Assembly: GCA_001244265.2 (NCBI GenBank)
Contig: CDLV01000017.1
Coordinates: 186,001 to 250,000, forward strand
From: Microbotryum violaceum
Taxonomy: Eukaryota
DNA: 64,000 nt
Reading direction: 5' to 3'
Below, piece after piece: positions 14,071 through 27,200 of the stretch. Every line of letters begins with the position of its first letter. Within the stretch, counting starts at the first letter, position 1. The position numbers were made by a program, and so were the translations under genes. The notes beneath the pieces are model-generated. The model saw only the letters and a program-made list of their open reading frames with translations, did not search any database and was not told the DNA's origin.

Positions 14071-15420
14071 CGGAAGTGACGGCACGACACGAGAGTGGGG
14101 AAAGGTTGGTGATACAGACGCGCCAACTGTTATAGTTGTTGCAGGCTGCCGCCCGCGGCACAGCGCTGAGCGGAACCACCGAAGTTACGACTACCACTGC
14201 AGGCTGCAGGCGCAACCGCTACAGGTTTGAGGAGAGGAAGAATCGGCTTCCAATCCTCGCCCCCCAGCGTTGCCTCCTCCATGGCTTGAATGCGGCCACG
14301 CGCCTCGATGAGATCGTCCACCGGGCGCTCCATCGCCCGGGTACACGACGACTGATGCTCGGCCGCGAGCTCAGCCAACTTCATGGCGACGTTGAGGGCA
14401 GCCGAGACCTGAGCCATGATCGACTGGTCGAAGGGTCCGAAACCTTCATCTTGAACCCCGACCACAACCACCACAAAGAACGAACCGTCGAGTCGTATTT
14501 CCTCATGATGGACCAATTCGAGTCACAGGTCCGCATCGCAACGGACTCGAAGTGCCGGTCAAACATCTCCGAAGGCGACTGTGCGCCTCCGACGATGATC
14601 GAGGCCGTCACCGGGTCGACCGCTTCCTTTATGAGAGGAGCACGTAAGGATAGCGCGCGTCCTGCCTTTGCGTGCGCGGCAAGCAGCCCGCCTCCATCCG
14701 CGCCTTGAAACCCACACCATAATGCAGACTCACTTGACTTGTTGGTGTCGTGACGGACACGACATCGGAGGATCCTTGCGATCCTTCGCCCACTTGATTG
14801 TTTCGGCAGAGATGCCGAACAAGACACCCTCATAAGTGGTACCCGCCGTCGTGTCTGGGGCGCCGGAATGCCCGGAAAGTTGCATCGGGGGCAATAGCGG
14901 GGCCACGTGCACGCCCGCGGCGCCACCGATAGTTGCCGCCGGCGACTCTGTAGACGAGAGCGTGGCGTGGTCGTTGGTTGAGGTCGAAGCAGTCGTCAAT
15001 GCCGGTAACAATAGGGTCAAAAAGTTTCGCGAGTGTAGAGGCAATAAGCACTGCCGTTCGAGCAAAACGAATAAGGTGCGGAAGCGAACAGGCATTTCTC
15101 TCGCCTACTCCACTCTAAGCGCATGCGCGCCACCGGGGGCGGCCCACCCATCGCGTCGCGGCGCGTCGATCTGCGAAATCGCCAACCTGCCCCTGTCTGC
15201 CGTTGCCTCAGCTTCTCGACGGGCAACCCACCTTGCCATCAAGGAAGGAGCTTGCAACAATTGGCATTTACAACAGCGGTACTGTATTCCGTCATCGCTT
15301 GGAAACCACTGCCACGGCTGCCTATAGCCTTCGGCCTCCCATTTCACCACGTCAGCCTATTCGACCTCCGATCGGTAGAGAAGTCCTCCCACGTCACAAA
15401 CGCCAATCACCTTCGTTACA

Positions 15421-16733
15421 ATGGTTGGTTTCACCGACCTGCCATCCGAATTGGTGCTGCACATCATCGATCTCGCCGAGGCGTCCTTCGTCGACAACGA
15501 GACATTCCCTATCTCGGACGGTCGCAAGGCGACGTTGCTCAGGTTCAGCCGTGTCTCGAGGGCATGGAGGGCTCCCTCGCAAATGGCGCTACATCGCCGA
15601 GTGTTCTTACAAAATGACGCAGATGTGAACTGCTTCCTAGCATGTCCGATCGCGGGCCGGTACCCAACTCGCTACTTGCAGCTCACCCACGTCTCGCCGA
15701 CAAGGATCAATCTCGTACTCGACCAGCTCGTCGTCCGTGACACGAATCGCATAGCTTTGCACGGACTCACGTTGATTGAGGTGTCGGAGTTTCATACTTG
15801 GAGTCTATGCCATCCTGCACTTCGAGGTGAGCTCGCACGATGTAGTTCTGGGGTAAATAGTCGTTGTGGCGTGCAAGTGACCCCGATCACTTGATCCTCA
15901 TCCACACGATCATTGAACTGGCGGCCGGGGACGAGGGGCTGAGGCGTAATCCGTCTTGAGGTGGAAATTGACGGCATACTTATACAACTACCCTAAACTT
16001 CTTCCTTTCTCAAATACTTCCCACTGTAGACCTCAAGAGCTTGCAGATTGATGGTCATGGCAGAGGCCTCATGGGTCGCTTGCCGAGGGACCTCCTCAAT
16101 CTGCCGCATCTGCACTCGCTCGGCTTCGTCACGAGTATCCCGCGCGATCAACCCGGAGTCATGGAAACGATTATCTCTGCGTGCCAAAAAACACTCAGAC
16201 ACATCAGAGTGGACTGCGGCTTACAATCAGAAGAACTATCGCCGGTTTACCCCGGCCCTGGCACGCCGTCGCTGTGGGCCGAGTTGGACCTTGTTGCACC
16301 GCGCTTGCTGAGTGTGTCCTTCCAAGGCTTGAGCGATGCACTTACGAAACCGTGTAAACGGTTCCTGGCTAAGTGCTCGAACTTGGTCGAATTGGAGCTG
16401 GACGGTACTGCCTTGATTGTGCCCACGCTTTGCGCCCTTTCACCCGATGCACGACTACGAAGACTCGCTGTCGGTCAACACAATCACGACACCCAAAAGG
16501 ATCTCGACCCCGGTCAAGCCCCCAAGACTGTTCTCCGCTTAAAGGGAACCTTGCCTCAGCTGTCCCAGTTGCGGGAGCTCGACTTGTTCGAACACACTCG
16601 AATGACCGTTCGTCGAATGCAACGCTCGGGAGATATGGAATGGCTCAACGATCTTCGACGGGAGCAGGTAGACGTTCAAATTCCGGAACCCATCAACGAA
16701 CGCACTGCCGCACGTTCTGGCGTCAAAAAGTAG
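15421..16733 (+). CDS. F-box-like / LRR-type protein
   Basis: N-terminal DLPSELVLHIIDL, RVSRAWR; intron donor gtgagc near 15827; Leu-rich repeats in second exon. Confidence 0.7.
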
Positions 16734-18134
16734 ATTCGATGCTTTGTGGCTCTTGTAGATTAGCCAGTATCGCGGATGTAGGAATGCCAGCCTCCGGACA
16801 GCGGAGAGAACGAGAAAAAAAAGCCTGGCCGTCTCTTCAAGACAGAAGGCCAGAGCTCCGAAGTGAATAACACGCCAAGAAATGGTCTGTTGCTGCAATC
16901 AAAAATGAAAATAAAACAGCTCTTGTCAAGAAATTCGCAGCCTTGTGATGCGCAACGAAAGAAAGGCCGGGCCCAGACGTCCAGACAAGTAACGCGACTC
17001 AGAGCGGCCATCTTTCCGTCCCATTCCGTCAGGGCCGGACTTTCGGAAGGTTCCACACGGCCCAACGCCTACTCAGATCGAGGTTTCAGAGCGATGGAAA
17101 CCGCCCAGTTGTGATTCGGCCACAGCCGTCTGATCGTTCACATTATGTGAGACTTTTTTCTGGCTGGAAGCTTTTGCCTTTACACAACGAGGTCCGCAAT
17201 CCTAGTTACATCACGCAGCTGCGGGGTGATCCACAAGGCAACTCGCCAAGGGTGCCAAAGTCTTACCAATGCCACCTTTTTTTGCTGCGTTGACATGTAG
17301 GGGATGACACCGGCGCTTGCTTGACGCGAGGAAGTGGCTGCTTGACGCGAGGAAGTACAGTGGCTGCTTTGAGCGTGGACAGAAACGACGGCCACTGGCG
17401 ATAGTCAGCAGCGGTGACATTGGCATCAACGTTGCCAAGAGTATTCTATTGTAGTATGTACAGTTTACACTTACGTAGTTGTGTAGTTATCATGGTGATG
17501 TGGCAGCTCTCTCCACTGGACTCGGAAGGTTACGAAAGTCTGCGCCTCCTGAGTCGCCGTCCTGTGGGTCTCCGTGTCACGTCACCTACCACGTCACCTG
17601 CCATATCATCTCCAGCTTTCCAAGTGCCAACTTCGCAACCTCAGAATGCCTCAACTACACAACAGCGTAGTCGGGCAGAACAGACACAGCCGACCAGGCG
17701 CGAAGAGCCGAAGCGCTTGCGAGTCCCGGACTTACAAGTCCGATCTCGATATATTCATAACTCTTCATCCCAAATGCCATATTCGGGGGGCATGAGAAAC
17801 ACTACAGAAAGCCGGTACGTTGTTCTGAGACCAAGTATTATATAACCCTTCCATCCCTGGTGACTGCTGACAAGCTGTTGGTGTATTGTCTTTGCGTCCC
17901 ATAGGGATTCCAGCAGGAAAACATCGAGCCTTCAAACTTGCAGATGATCAAAGTTGCCAAGCGTTGCTGAGAGTGTGCGGGGCGAGGCGTGGCCGGCCCG
18001 GCCTAGCGCCGGCGGTGGGTCGCGCGACGTCACCCGTGGACGTCACTCACTGTCGACCTCCTTTAGTGTGCGCACGGGGCGAGTCTCCTCGCAAGGGCCA
18101 AGCCAACGCAGACAGACGCAGACCCAAGACCGCC

Positions 18135-19944
18135 ATGCCAACCGCTCGCCCTCATACGCGTTCTCGTCGGTCGTCTTCGCTGGTCCAATATCTCGTTCGA
18201 GCCAGCACGGATCCGGAACATCACGTGGCTCACTTGGGACCAGCGCGAGGTGACCCCGACACGATGCCTGATCCTGTACCCCCCTCCGCGCCTTCCGCAC
18301 CTCTGACACCGCGTTCGGTCGCGACCAAGACCACGACTCCGCTGCAGACGTTCGGCCCCAAATGGTTGCAATGGCTCCAGAACCCGTGGCAGTCGTTCAT
18401 CCTGATCGTCGTCGCGTTGGCCGGATCACTCGCGTTTTCACTCGCGTTCCCTGATACACCCATCACCGACAACCCGTTCGCGTGGTTCTGGTACATCTCG
18501 CACCCGATTGCACCGACGCACGCGGGCGAGGACCGCATACCCAGGTTCAAGAAGGGCCCGAGGGACGCACTCTATCTTTTTGGGTGGATCGTCATCTTCT
18601 CATGCATCAGGCAGAGTCTGAGGAATCCCCTTTTCGCCTTGGGGAGGAAGCTTGGACTCAAGAAAATGAGAAAGCTAGAACGCTTTATGGAACAGGTCAG
18701 TCAAGACACTGCAGATCCGTCATTAGAAGGTCGAGTTACCCGACGGAGCCTTCCTCAGGGGCTTGCGCGCCAAGGTTCGGAAACAGGGCTAACGACCTCG
18801 ACGGTCTTTCTGTCCAGGGTTATGCATTTATTTACTTTACAGCCAGCAGTCTGTGCGGCCTAGTGAGTCACCAGGATCGCGGAGCAAGGCGTGGAACGAA
18901 GCTGAGCCTAATGTCTCGGTGTGGGTCTCACAGGTGGTCATGAGTCAGCAGGATTCGTGGTTCTACCAGACAAAGCACTTCTGGCTTAAGTATCCGCATT
19001 GGGACATGACCGGTCCTCTCAAGGTGCGCTGATCCAAGGACCGCATTCGGAAATTTGGCGCTTATCCGAGCCTCCTCCCGTGATCTCTGCTCTGTAGGCC
19101 TACTATCTGATCCAGCTCGCGTACTGGTGCCAGCAAGCACTCGTCATGATCGCTGGTGCGCGTTCATCTTAAAATATGTTCGTACCTCCCCTTGCTGATC
19201 TTACGACCGTCTTGCCATAACCCAGGTCTCGAGAAGCCCCGTGATGACTACGTCGAGCTCATCCTCCACCACTGCATCACCTTCTGGCTCGTCTTCGCGT
19301 CTTACGTCACTAACTTGACTCACATCGGTACCGCCGTCTTTGTCTCGATGGATATCCCTGATGCGGTCTTCGCACTCTCCAAGTGCATCAACTACGTAGG
19401 ACTTGAAAAGACGAGTAACATATCCTTCGTCCGTTGCCTCTCTCAATCTCATAGACCATCCACGCGCCTAGACTTACCGTCATCACTCCCACATTCTCTG
19501 CAGATTAGCTTCATGTTCACATGGGGTTACTTCCGCCACTACCAAGAGTTCCGCATCTTGAATTCGGTCTTGAACGAACTCGACCTCGCCCCTGCTTATA
19601 CGAAACGCTGGGGCCCCTTGGATGGGTGTTGGCTTCCCTCGTGGGGTCGATGGCAAATCTTGTGGCCGCTCGTGTTGCTCCAGTGTACGTCGACCGAGCG
19701 AGAGTTTTCGTTGTGTCAAAGCTGACTTGGTTTCTTGGATCCTTATGCAGTGTTGATGATCTTCTGGTCTTACCTCATCCTCCGCGTCCTTTTCCGCATG
19801 CTCAAGGGCAAACCCGCTTCCGACGTCCGTGAAGAAGGGGAGACGGAAAACGAATTGGATGGTGAAGACGTTGTCCCCGAGGTCAAGAAAGCAAGTGGCA
19901 TTCAAACTTCCAAGTCGGATGAGAAACTCAAGGAGAGGAGATAG
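18135..19944 (+). CDS. LAG1: Ceramide synthase (TLC/Lag1 domain), multi-exon
   Basis: KGPRDALYL, KLERFMEQ, Lag1 motif EKPRDDYVELILHHCIT...SMDIPD, FRHY, DVREEGE tail. Confidence 0.92.
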
Positions 19945-20227
19945 GAGGGACGTTGTGAAGGTTGGGCGAACTTCGTCGACGATGTTTCTAGGGTTTTATT
20001 TCTTTCGTTTTCTTATTCGTGTTCCGGCCTCGTTCAGTTATGTGGTTGAACTTCCACGGTCATTTCTTGACCTGGAGGTCGCCTGTGCAACCACTTTCTG
20101 TGCCGCTCTTCGAGAGTAAATCTTGGGGCTACACCCATTTGGAATGGCACGCGTCGAAGTCGCTAAAGTACAGGAAAGTAAGGCTACAAAGATCAGAGAG
20201 GATACAGTCGGGACGATGCCTCATCAA

Positions 20228-22053
20228 CTACAAGAACGAATTCATGAACAACGCAGCCAATGCGGTGACCAGAGCAAAGACCATCGGGGAGGTCACACCT
20301 GCCTCGCTCGCACTCGTCAAATTCTGCCCCTGTCCACTAGCTTGAGGGATAAGCGACGGTGTCGGTGCAGTCTTACTCGGTGTCACTACAGCTGTCGTAC
20401 TCAACCCTTCGGCGGCACTCGAATCAGCAGGTGAAGCCATCGTCGTCGCTGTCGTCGCTAACGACGACTCCGAGGACACGACCGCCGTGGCTGTTGCGGT
20501 CGGCGCAATGGACGAAGTGGTGGTAGTTATGTTTTGAGCTACCAACCCCGCATTCATACTGGGTGTGTTGTCCCCGATTGTGGACGAGTTCTTGCTCAAT
20601 ACGGAGGCGACGTTCTTCGCGAAAAGCTCGTGGACGGGCCAAGTGGGTCGCCAGAAGTCTTTCCAGATGCTGAAGGAGGAAAAGGGTGGTATCAAGAATG
20701 CTAAGTCAGTCGACTGTTCGCCAGGTTCACTCAAGATGACAGGACATAAGTGAAGCGACTCACTATTGGAACATGGGTACCCCGCATGCAGCGATGTCGG
20801 TCGCGTTCGGGTTAAAGACAATTGTCGAATACGCCGAGCACGACGTCGCGTTGTTCACAAAGCCGTATTTCTCCGGTGACGCGATCAAGACGTTGGTGAA
20901 CGACTCGGACGAGATGTAGTACGCCTGGATACCGGAGTACCGATCCGCAAGATTCGAGGCGTAAGCTTGGAGTCGGTCGTTCCAGTACGAGATGTCGTCT
21001 TGGAGGATCGCCTCGCCGTTCGTATACGCCGCCAGAGGCGAATGGTACAACGCCGGAATATCCATCAAAGCGACATTCTTGGCTCCCGCGGCGTACAATT
21101 GACCAACGAGTGTATCAAGCGCCGTCATAATGGCGGATTGGAACTGCTTAAAGTCTTGCCCGCTCGCGATGAGGTTGTAAAAGTCGTCGTTGCCGAACCA
21201 GATCGTGAAAAGTAAGGTCGAGGGGGACCAGGAGTATGGCGAGTTGGTCGAGTTGAAATACGTCTTCCATGCTACGACTTGATTGACGAAATCGACGGCT
21301 CCGTTCGAATAGACGATGGAATTGTCGACCGTTGCGCCTGCGCGTGAAGTCGAGACGACGTCAGTTGCTGCGAGTCGTGATATGGGCTCGGTGCCCTGTT
21401 CGGATTGACCCGGACTCACCGAGGGATGCAAAGTTGTAGTACGACGTAGAGGCGTTGGTGGAGTTCTCAGCAAAGTACTGGACCCAAGCTCGCCCACCCG
21501 AAATTGACTGTGTTTAAAGCCATTAAACGTGAATGGACGAAGGAGGAAGGAGAACTTAAGGTCAGCACACTGCTTTAATCGTAGTCTTGTCCAGGTCCAT
21601 AAGACCCGAGAGCTATGAGGGGTCGTTGAACGTTTGGATATGTGCTCAGCGTACCAACTTTGTGTCCAGAACGAGTGGCTGGGTGACGATATTGTACCCT
21701 GTAGTCGTGAGCGAATCTAGAATGATGATGTACACGGGTGGGGTGAACGTGAGTCAGTGTGATCGAATTCAATGCAGTCCGATTTCGACATCCAACATAC
21801 CCCCGAACGAGAAGCTTTGAGTTCCAACAAAAGAGAACGAAAGGAACAACCTCGGCCAAGTCAGCCGCCGGATCGCCGTGGGCTTCTCGGCGATTCGCGC
21901 CTCCTATTCTATCTCCTTTCCCACCTGCCACTGGGGTTACGCTTACATGGTATTGATGGTATCGAGGTTGAGATTCGATGTTGCTGCTCTAACCGTCAAA
22001 GGCAGTAGAAGTACAGCCGCAATCCTCGTGATCGCTCCGGCTCGAGAGAGCAT
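20228..22053 (-). CDS. Secreted GDSL/SGNH esterase (CE16-like) with Ser/Thr tail and probable GPI signal
   Basis: Signal peptide MLSRAGAITRIAAVLLLPLTVRA; spliced FSFGDSLTTTG; GATVDN, IWFGNDD, PEKYGFVN; hydrophobic C-terminus. Confidence 0.8.
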
Positions 22054-22653
22054 CCCCGTCCTTCGGTCGACTGGGCGTGTTCCTGACGGTAACGGGAGCG
22101 GGGAGTCAATCAAGCCCGCGAGCCGGTGAGGGGCACGCTGGGAGGCGCCGAGGGTGGGAGTTATAAACGAGTGTGGGTGAGTCGGAACGAAGGGAGGGAC
22201 GAGCTGGACGAGTATTGTGGACTATGAGATGAGAGACTGAAGTGACGAAGGTGATAAGATGAAGAGTCGACCAGATCGAGACGCCAATTCGTGCTCACTG
22301 CAGGGGCGGAGGTAATTAAATCCCGAGCCAGTCAACCTGGCGACCCAGAGACTTTGTCACCTTGTTACGCGCGCCAAAGCACAACTGGCCTGGCCACAGC
22401 TCTTTGGTGCGTCTCAACGGACGAGCGAGGACGAAAACCTTTCCAAAGCCGTATTTCGGCGGCTGGCGGGGGCCATGAGGCCTGCCTTGGAGCTTAGATC
22501 CCTCCCGCAGCCGCGCCGCCCGAGGCACGGGCGCCAGCTGGTGCAGGGAGTGGTGGCCGCGTCGCCTCCTCTGCGGTCGCTCTCCAGGCCACCTCGCCGC
22601 CACCACCTGATCGCTCGTCTCCCGCGCCGCGGCAATCTCGCTTGTCTTGCCAC

Positions 22654-23035
22654 CCTTCCCCAATGTCTTGACCTGTTTCGCACCGCAGGTCAAGAACGAA
22701 TTCGACAAGCATCCTCTCACCGCAGTGAAAAAATGGTTTACCGGAACCGAAAGGACCATTTGGCGCGACCACCTCGTCTCTTGGACTCATCTGGTGAGTT
22801 TTATGCTCACGAGGCGATATTCACCCCCAGGGCTCAGCAATGATGAGGTCGGCAGCTGTTCTCCGTCGGCAACATCGGCTCGTGGGCACAGATCTCAGCA
22901 GAAGAGTCCAAAGACGAGGTAGTCACGCCGAATGGTCCTTTCGATTCCGGTAAACCATTTTTTTACTGCGGTGAGGATTCTTGTCGAATTCGTTCTTGAC
23001 CTACGGTGCGAAATACGTCAAGAAGATGGGGAAGG
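22654..23035. repeat. Diverged inverted repeat (arms 22654-22798 and 22894-23035, ~95-bp loop)
   Basis: ggtcaagaacgaattcgacaag / cttgtcgaattcgttcttgacc and aaaaaatggtttaccggaa / ttccggtaaaccatttttt are reverse complements. Confidence 0.93.
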
Positions 23036-23449
23036 ACGTCCCTGTTTCAGTTGATGTCGCGGACGTTGACACGGATCACTTTTGTTTGCTCCAGCGCCAC
23101 TGCGAGAGAAGCAATCCAAAGGTCAGTGCCGTTGCAATGTCAAGAGCCCGAATGGTCGCATCTGCGTTGTCCCATCCGGCTCGACTCACCTTGAGCGTAT
23201 CGTAGAAGACATCACCGTGATTCGTAGTCCATCGTGGAGTAAACATCAACAACTTGGTCACGGGGCGCAAGTCCGTCTGTATGCCACCTCGCATCGCACC
23301 TGCTCAGCTCCGACCGGACCGGACCCAGCCCAGAACGATGTCAGAACACAATCATATCTGATTCTCTTCCGATCCTATTTACTTCTCATGCCGCTATTTC
23401 ACTCCTATTTTGCACTCCTTCTTTAGCCTATTCCCTCTACGCCGGATCC

Positions 23450-23996
23450 CAGCGCCTGATTGAGACTCGGTTGACACGTTGGCTTGCCAGTGGGTTGAAG
23501 TCGACTCGGAGCGCCTCGCGTTTTGTTTGCGGCGATTTGCTTCTGTAATTCCGCGATTTGTTTTGCCATCTCTTTTTTGGAGAGGTCTGAATTGATTTTC
23601 TTGGCCTTTTCGCTTTTTGAGGCCGATTCATGGCTGGTGGCTTCGTTTGGTCGCTGTGACCTCGCATTGGATCGGTTGGGGGTGGGTGTTTCGCCCTTTT
23701 CGTCCGCTTCCGTCATAATCAAGTCTTTATTGGGTTCTTCTTCCTCCTCTTCTTCTTCATCTTCCATCCGCAATCTTGTGCTCGTACTCAACCCCTTGAG
23801 TCGGGATCCAGTCCTCCATACTTCTGATATATCGAAACATCCCACAAATTCGTGCAAAAGTGATACTCAATGCCCAGACGTCGATGGCAATGGACCTAAT
23901 CGAGGGTGAACTCCTCCGGATAAAAATAGGACAAGGACTATTACCCCTCCGCCTTCATACCCTATGCACGGAATGTGGTTCTCACAGGAGCTCTTT

Positions 23997-24027
<31 letters not shown>

Positions 24028-24255
24028 TATTAGAAGTATGGAGGACTGGATCCCGACTCAAGGGGTTGAGTACGAGCACAAGATTGAGGATGGAAGATGG
24101 ATGAAGAAGGAAGAGACGAGCGCCCGCGAGGCGCGCGACTTCAACCCAAGCCAACGTGTCAACCGAGTTGCTCAAAGACGCTGTAAGAACCATATTCCGT
24201 GCATAGGGTATGAAGGCGGAGGGTTAATAGTTCTTGTCCCATTTTTGGGGGAGGA
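23450..24255. repeat. Compound inverted repeats (three stems)
   Basis: 23758-23829 vs 24028-24099; 23450-23520 vs 24125-24183; 23912-24001 vs 24169-24255. Confidence 0.9.
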
Positions 24256-27200
24256 CTTTGAACGATCGGCTTGACTGCGCCGCCACCTGAGCTTGGCTGT
24301 TCCTTCGCTCGACATACTACCCGAGCCGGCATCTTCTCCAGCCGACCTTGCGAACATGCCGGTCATGAAGGCTCCGAGGACGATGCACAATGGGTCGTCG
24401 ATCATAGCTGAGTGGCGCAAGGCCTGCCGCGGGGACAATATCAATGTCAGCGATAAAGGGCCGCAATGGAGTGCACGTGTGAGCGTGTTTGAGACGGGGC
24501 ATTGGAGGGTGGATGGCAGAGGAGAAAAAAAAAAGAGGGGGGGGGGGACAGGACTCACCGTCGAGACTAACACGAAGTTATTGGTCATCGGCAGGCCACG
24601 GACCGCAAGGTCGCCTCGAACGTCTTCTCCTTCGTTATCGTCGCGTTCGTAGCGGACACGCGGGCGCTTGGGCGCTTGAGATGAAGGTGACTCCTGTTGA
24701 ACCGCCCGGACGAGGTCAGCCCCGCGTCGTGGTCACTACGATGTTGTGCGAGGCCAGTTGCAAAGCTACGTCTCTCACGAACTCGTCATCCCGGTCCGGG
24801 CTGTTTGAGCGCGAAGAACGTTGCGAGTCGGAAGGGGGTTAAAGCGAACGCTCAGAGCGCTCATCGCGGTCGGCCGCGGGAGACTGGCTATCAATGGCGG
24901 TAAAGTCGAAAGGCGTCTGGAAGAGGCGGCGGAAGGGATGAAGACGCGAGGCGTCCCAGTATCACGCGCGATTGAGCCACCGATCCGGCCACGAGAACGT
25001 ACCCTGGGGCGCTTTTGACCACGAGACTTGCCAACGGCGCCGATTGAGGTGGACTGAGGCTGTTGCGCCTGCATGCCTTCTTTCTCCTCTTCGTCTTCTT
25101 GTTGGTGTCGTTGAGGTTGATGTTGCTCTTAAGCGTGCTCTGTCTGACGTTGCGCAGCCACGATCGCCTCCAAGGAAACGTTCATCCCGGCACCTTGAAG
25201 CAAACGAAAGATCCCCTGGGCACGGTGTTGAGATTGCTGCGACTCGGCGTCAGGTCGAGACCGACGCAGAGGTCGACGGAGTAGATTTGGCACGACCACT
25301 ACTCGTAGCTGAGCCGGAAGCGGAAGCCTTCTTCCCGGGCCCCTGTGGATAGTCGATCAGGTCAGCTGACGCCGTCGCGAGGCAGGCCGGCCAGGGTGCC
25401 GTCGCGTGGAATCTGATGGAAAGGCGGGTTGGCGATGCAGGCAGAGCGGTGGTGGTGGCGGGAGCGACCGAGGAAGACACTCGTAACAAGAGTAGAATTG
25501 GCTGACATAAATTTCAGTACTGTGGCGATGTTTTTACTCTCTGAGGTGGTTGTGGTTGTGGTGTGAGCGACGAGATGGGGTTCGGAAGCAGAAAGGACGC
25601 GACGCGCGCGCGTGCAGGAAAATTTGGAAAAGGACTCGATGCTAAAACAAATGGGGCAATGCAACTAATACTTTCAAGACAAGCTGTGCCTTCACCTAAT
25701 ACTGGTACATGGGAACATAGGGGAAGGGGAGGGGGGCACTACAAGTAACAAATCTCGACCATAACAGGGCCTCAACAAGTTGAAGCGAGCAAGGCGAAAC
25801 GGCTAATCATCACCACCTCCTCTCCTTCCGAGACCGAACTTGGGGCCAATCGATTGGTTCTCGGGTTGGACCAGGACGCTTCATCATCATCGTCGTCGTC
25901 GTCGTCATGACTAGACTCGCCAACTGAAACGCGCGCTCGCTAGATTGCTGCTGCACGTGTCCGAGAGGGTGATGGTGAGCGGTTCCGCGTAATCGATCGG
26001 GAGACTGCGAAGAGCAGACCAGAGAAGGAAGGGGTGGGTACTCACGGAGAAGAAGGGGGATTGAGTCATAGTATCCTGGTCGCCGATACCAAAGAACTCG
26101 GATAGTTTTGGTTGCTGATCAAGACATGGCAGCCAGTGTCGTCAGCGCCAGAGGAAAACCCGTCGACGACTCGTTCGCGATCTGAACGGACAGGAAAGCT
26201 TCCCAGCGATTCGTCCTCGGGAACGGCGGGCGAGGTCGTCTGCAATAAAGAAAAACGCGGTACACGTCCATCAGCTGGTGTGATATGTAAGCTTGGCCCA
26301 ATTGACATTAATACGCACCCTCGCTTTGCCGGCTCTTCCGCGCCGCAGTTGTGCTCCTTCGTTGCCGGTCGACGCCTTCCAGCAGCTGGCCTCGATCCAT
26401 CCTGGCCATGTTGTTTTGGTTGTCGTTGATGAACTCGTCGGTTTCTTGTGCTAGGATTGGTATAGGCGCGAAGAGATCGACGTTGTCGTACGATAGATGA
26501 TGAATGGTGCTGAGGAAAAAGTTCTTGTGTTGTTCGTGCCCACGCCACGCGCGAAGCGGCCGGTGTAGTGTCCATCTGCGAAGATCGGTGCAAGATTACT
26601 GCAAGATCACGCCATGCACTACCGCATGCACCTGCACTAAGCGAGCGGGATCGACTCGAGCGGGAATTGGGTTGCATTTCACGGCGCATGCATTGATGCG
26701 CCGTCGCTAGGCAAGTAGCTCTTCAGGCAAGTAGCTCTTCAACGGGACAGGTAACTACTAGTAGGTGGCTGATTGGCTGTTTCTTCACAAATCTTCCCGT
26801 ACCAATCGCCTTCACGGGGCTTACCTGAGCATACGATTGCGAATGTGCATCGCTTTATCAGTTGTCCAAACCTTGATCCGCGCGGGCACCACAGAATAGC
26901 ATCGAAGATTATGTCATACACAGGGAAAGAGGATTAGTCAGCTTCCCGGGTAGAAACACGACGAGATTGAGACAGTGACGAATCCAGGAGATAGCTGCAG
27001 CAACCTCAAGAGGTTGGATGGGGGGGTGTTCAGAATATTAAAGACTTGTCTTCATCTCGCGACATGCGCCATTATTCATGACAGAAGCGCCGCGAAGGTC
27101 CGAAATCTCGAGTAGAAATTTTATTTAAGTCCATGACATGTGTTCATCATGTGGAAGCGGCGGACGTGTGGGCGGGTGGATGGCTCGACGATCCTTCCGC

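Larger units (their letters stand above)
10230..15350 (-). mobile_element. Decayed tyrosine-recombinase retrotransposon (Ngaro/DIRS-type): gag, partial RT, RNase H, YR
   Basis: Minus-strand order: gag-like (HFESV..WSIMRKYDSTVRSLWW; CNNYNSWRVC), RT N-terminus (KGFDFGI..GPYDKDELKAAVGPFRTNPISCVP), RNase H (ASDACMHGLG..EAWAVE..DNTGVV..NPVDVVSR), YR (HSFRSGGAT..LGRWSSNTFDGYWR); stops and frameshifts; outer limits not determined. Confidence 0.85.
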
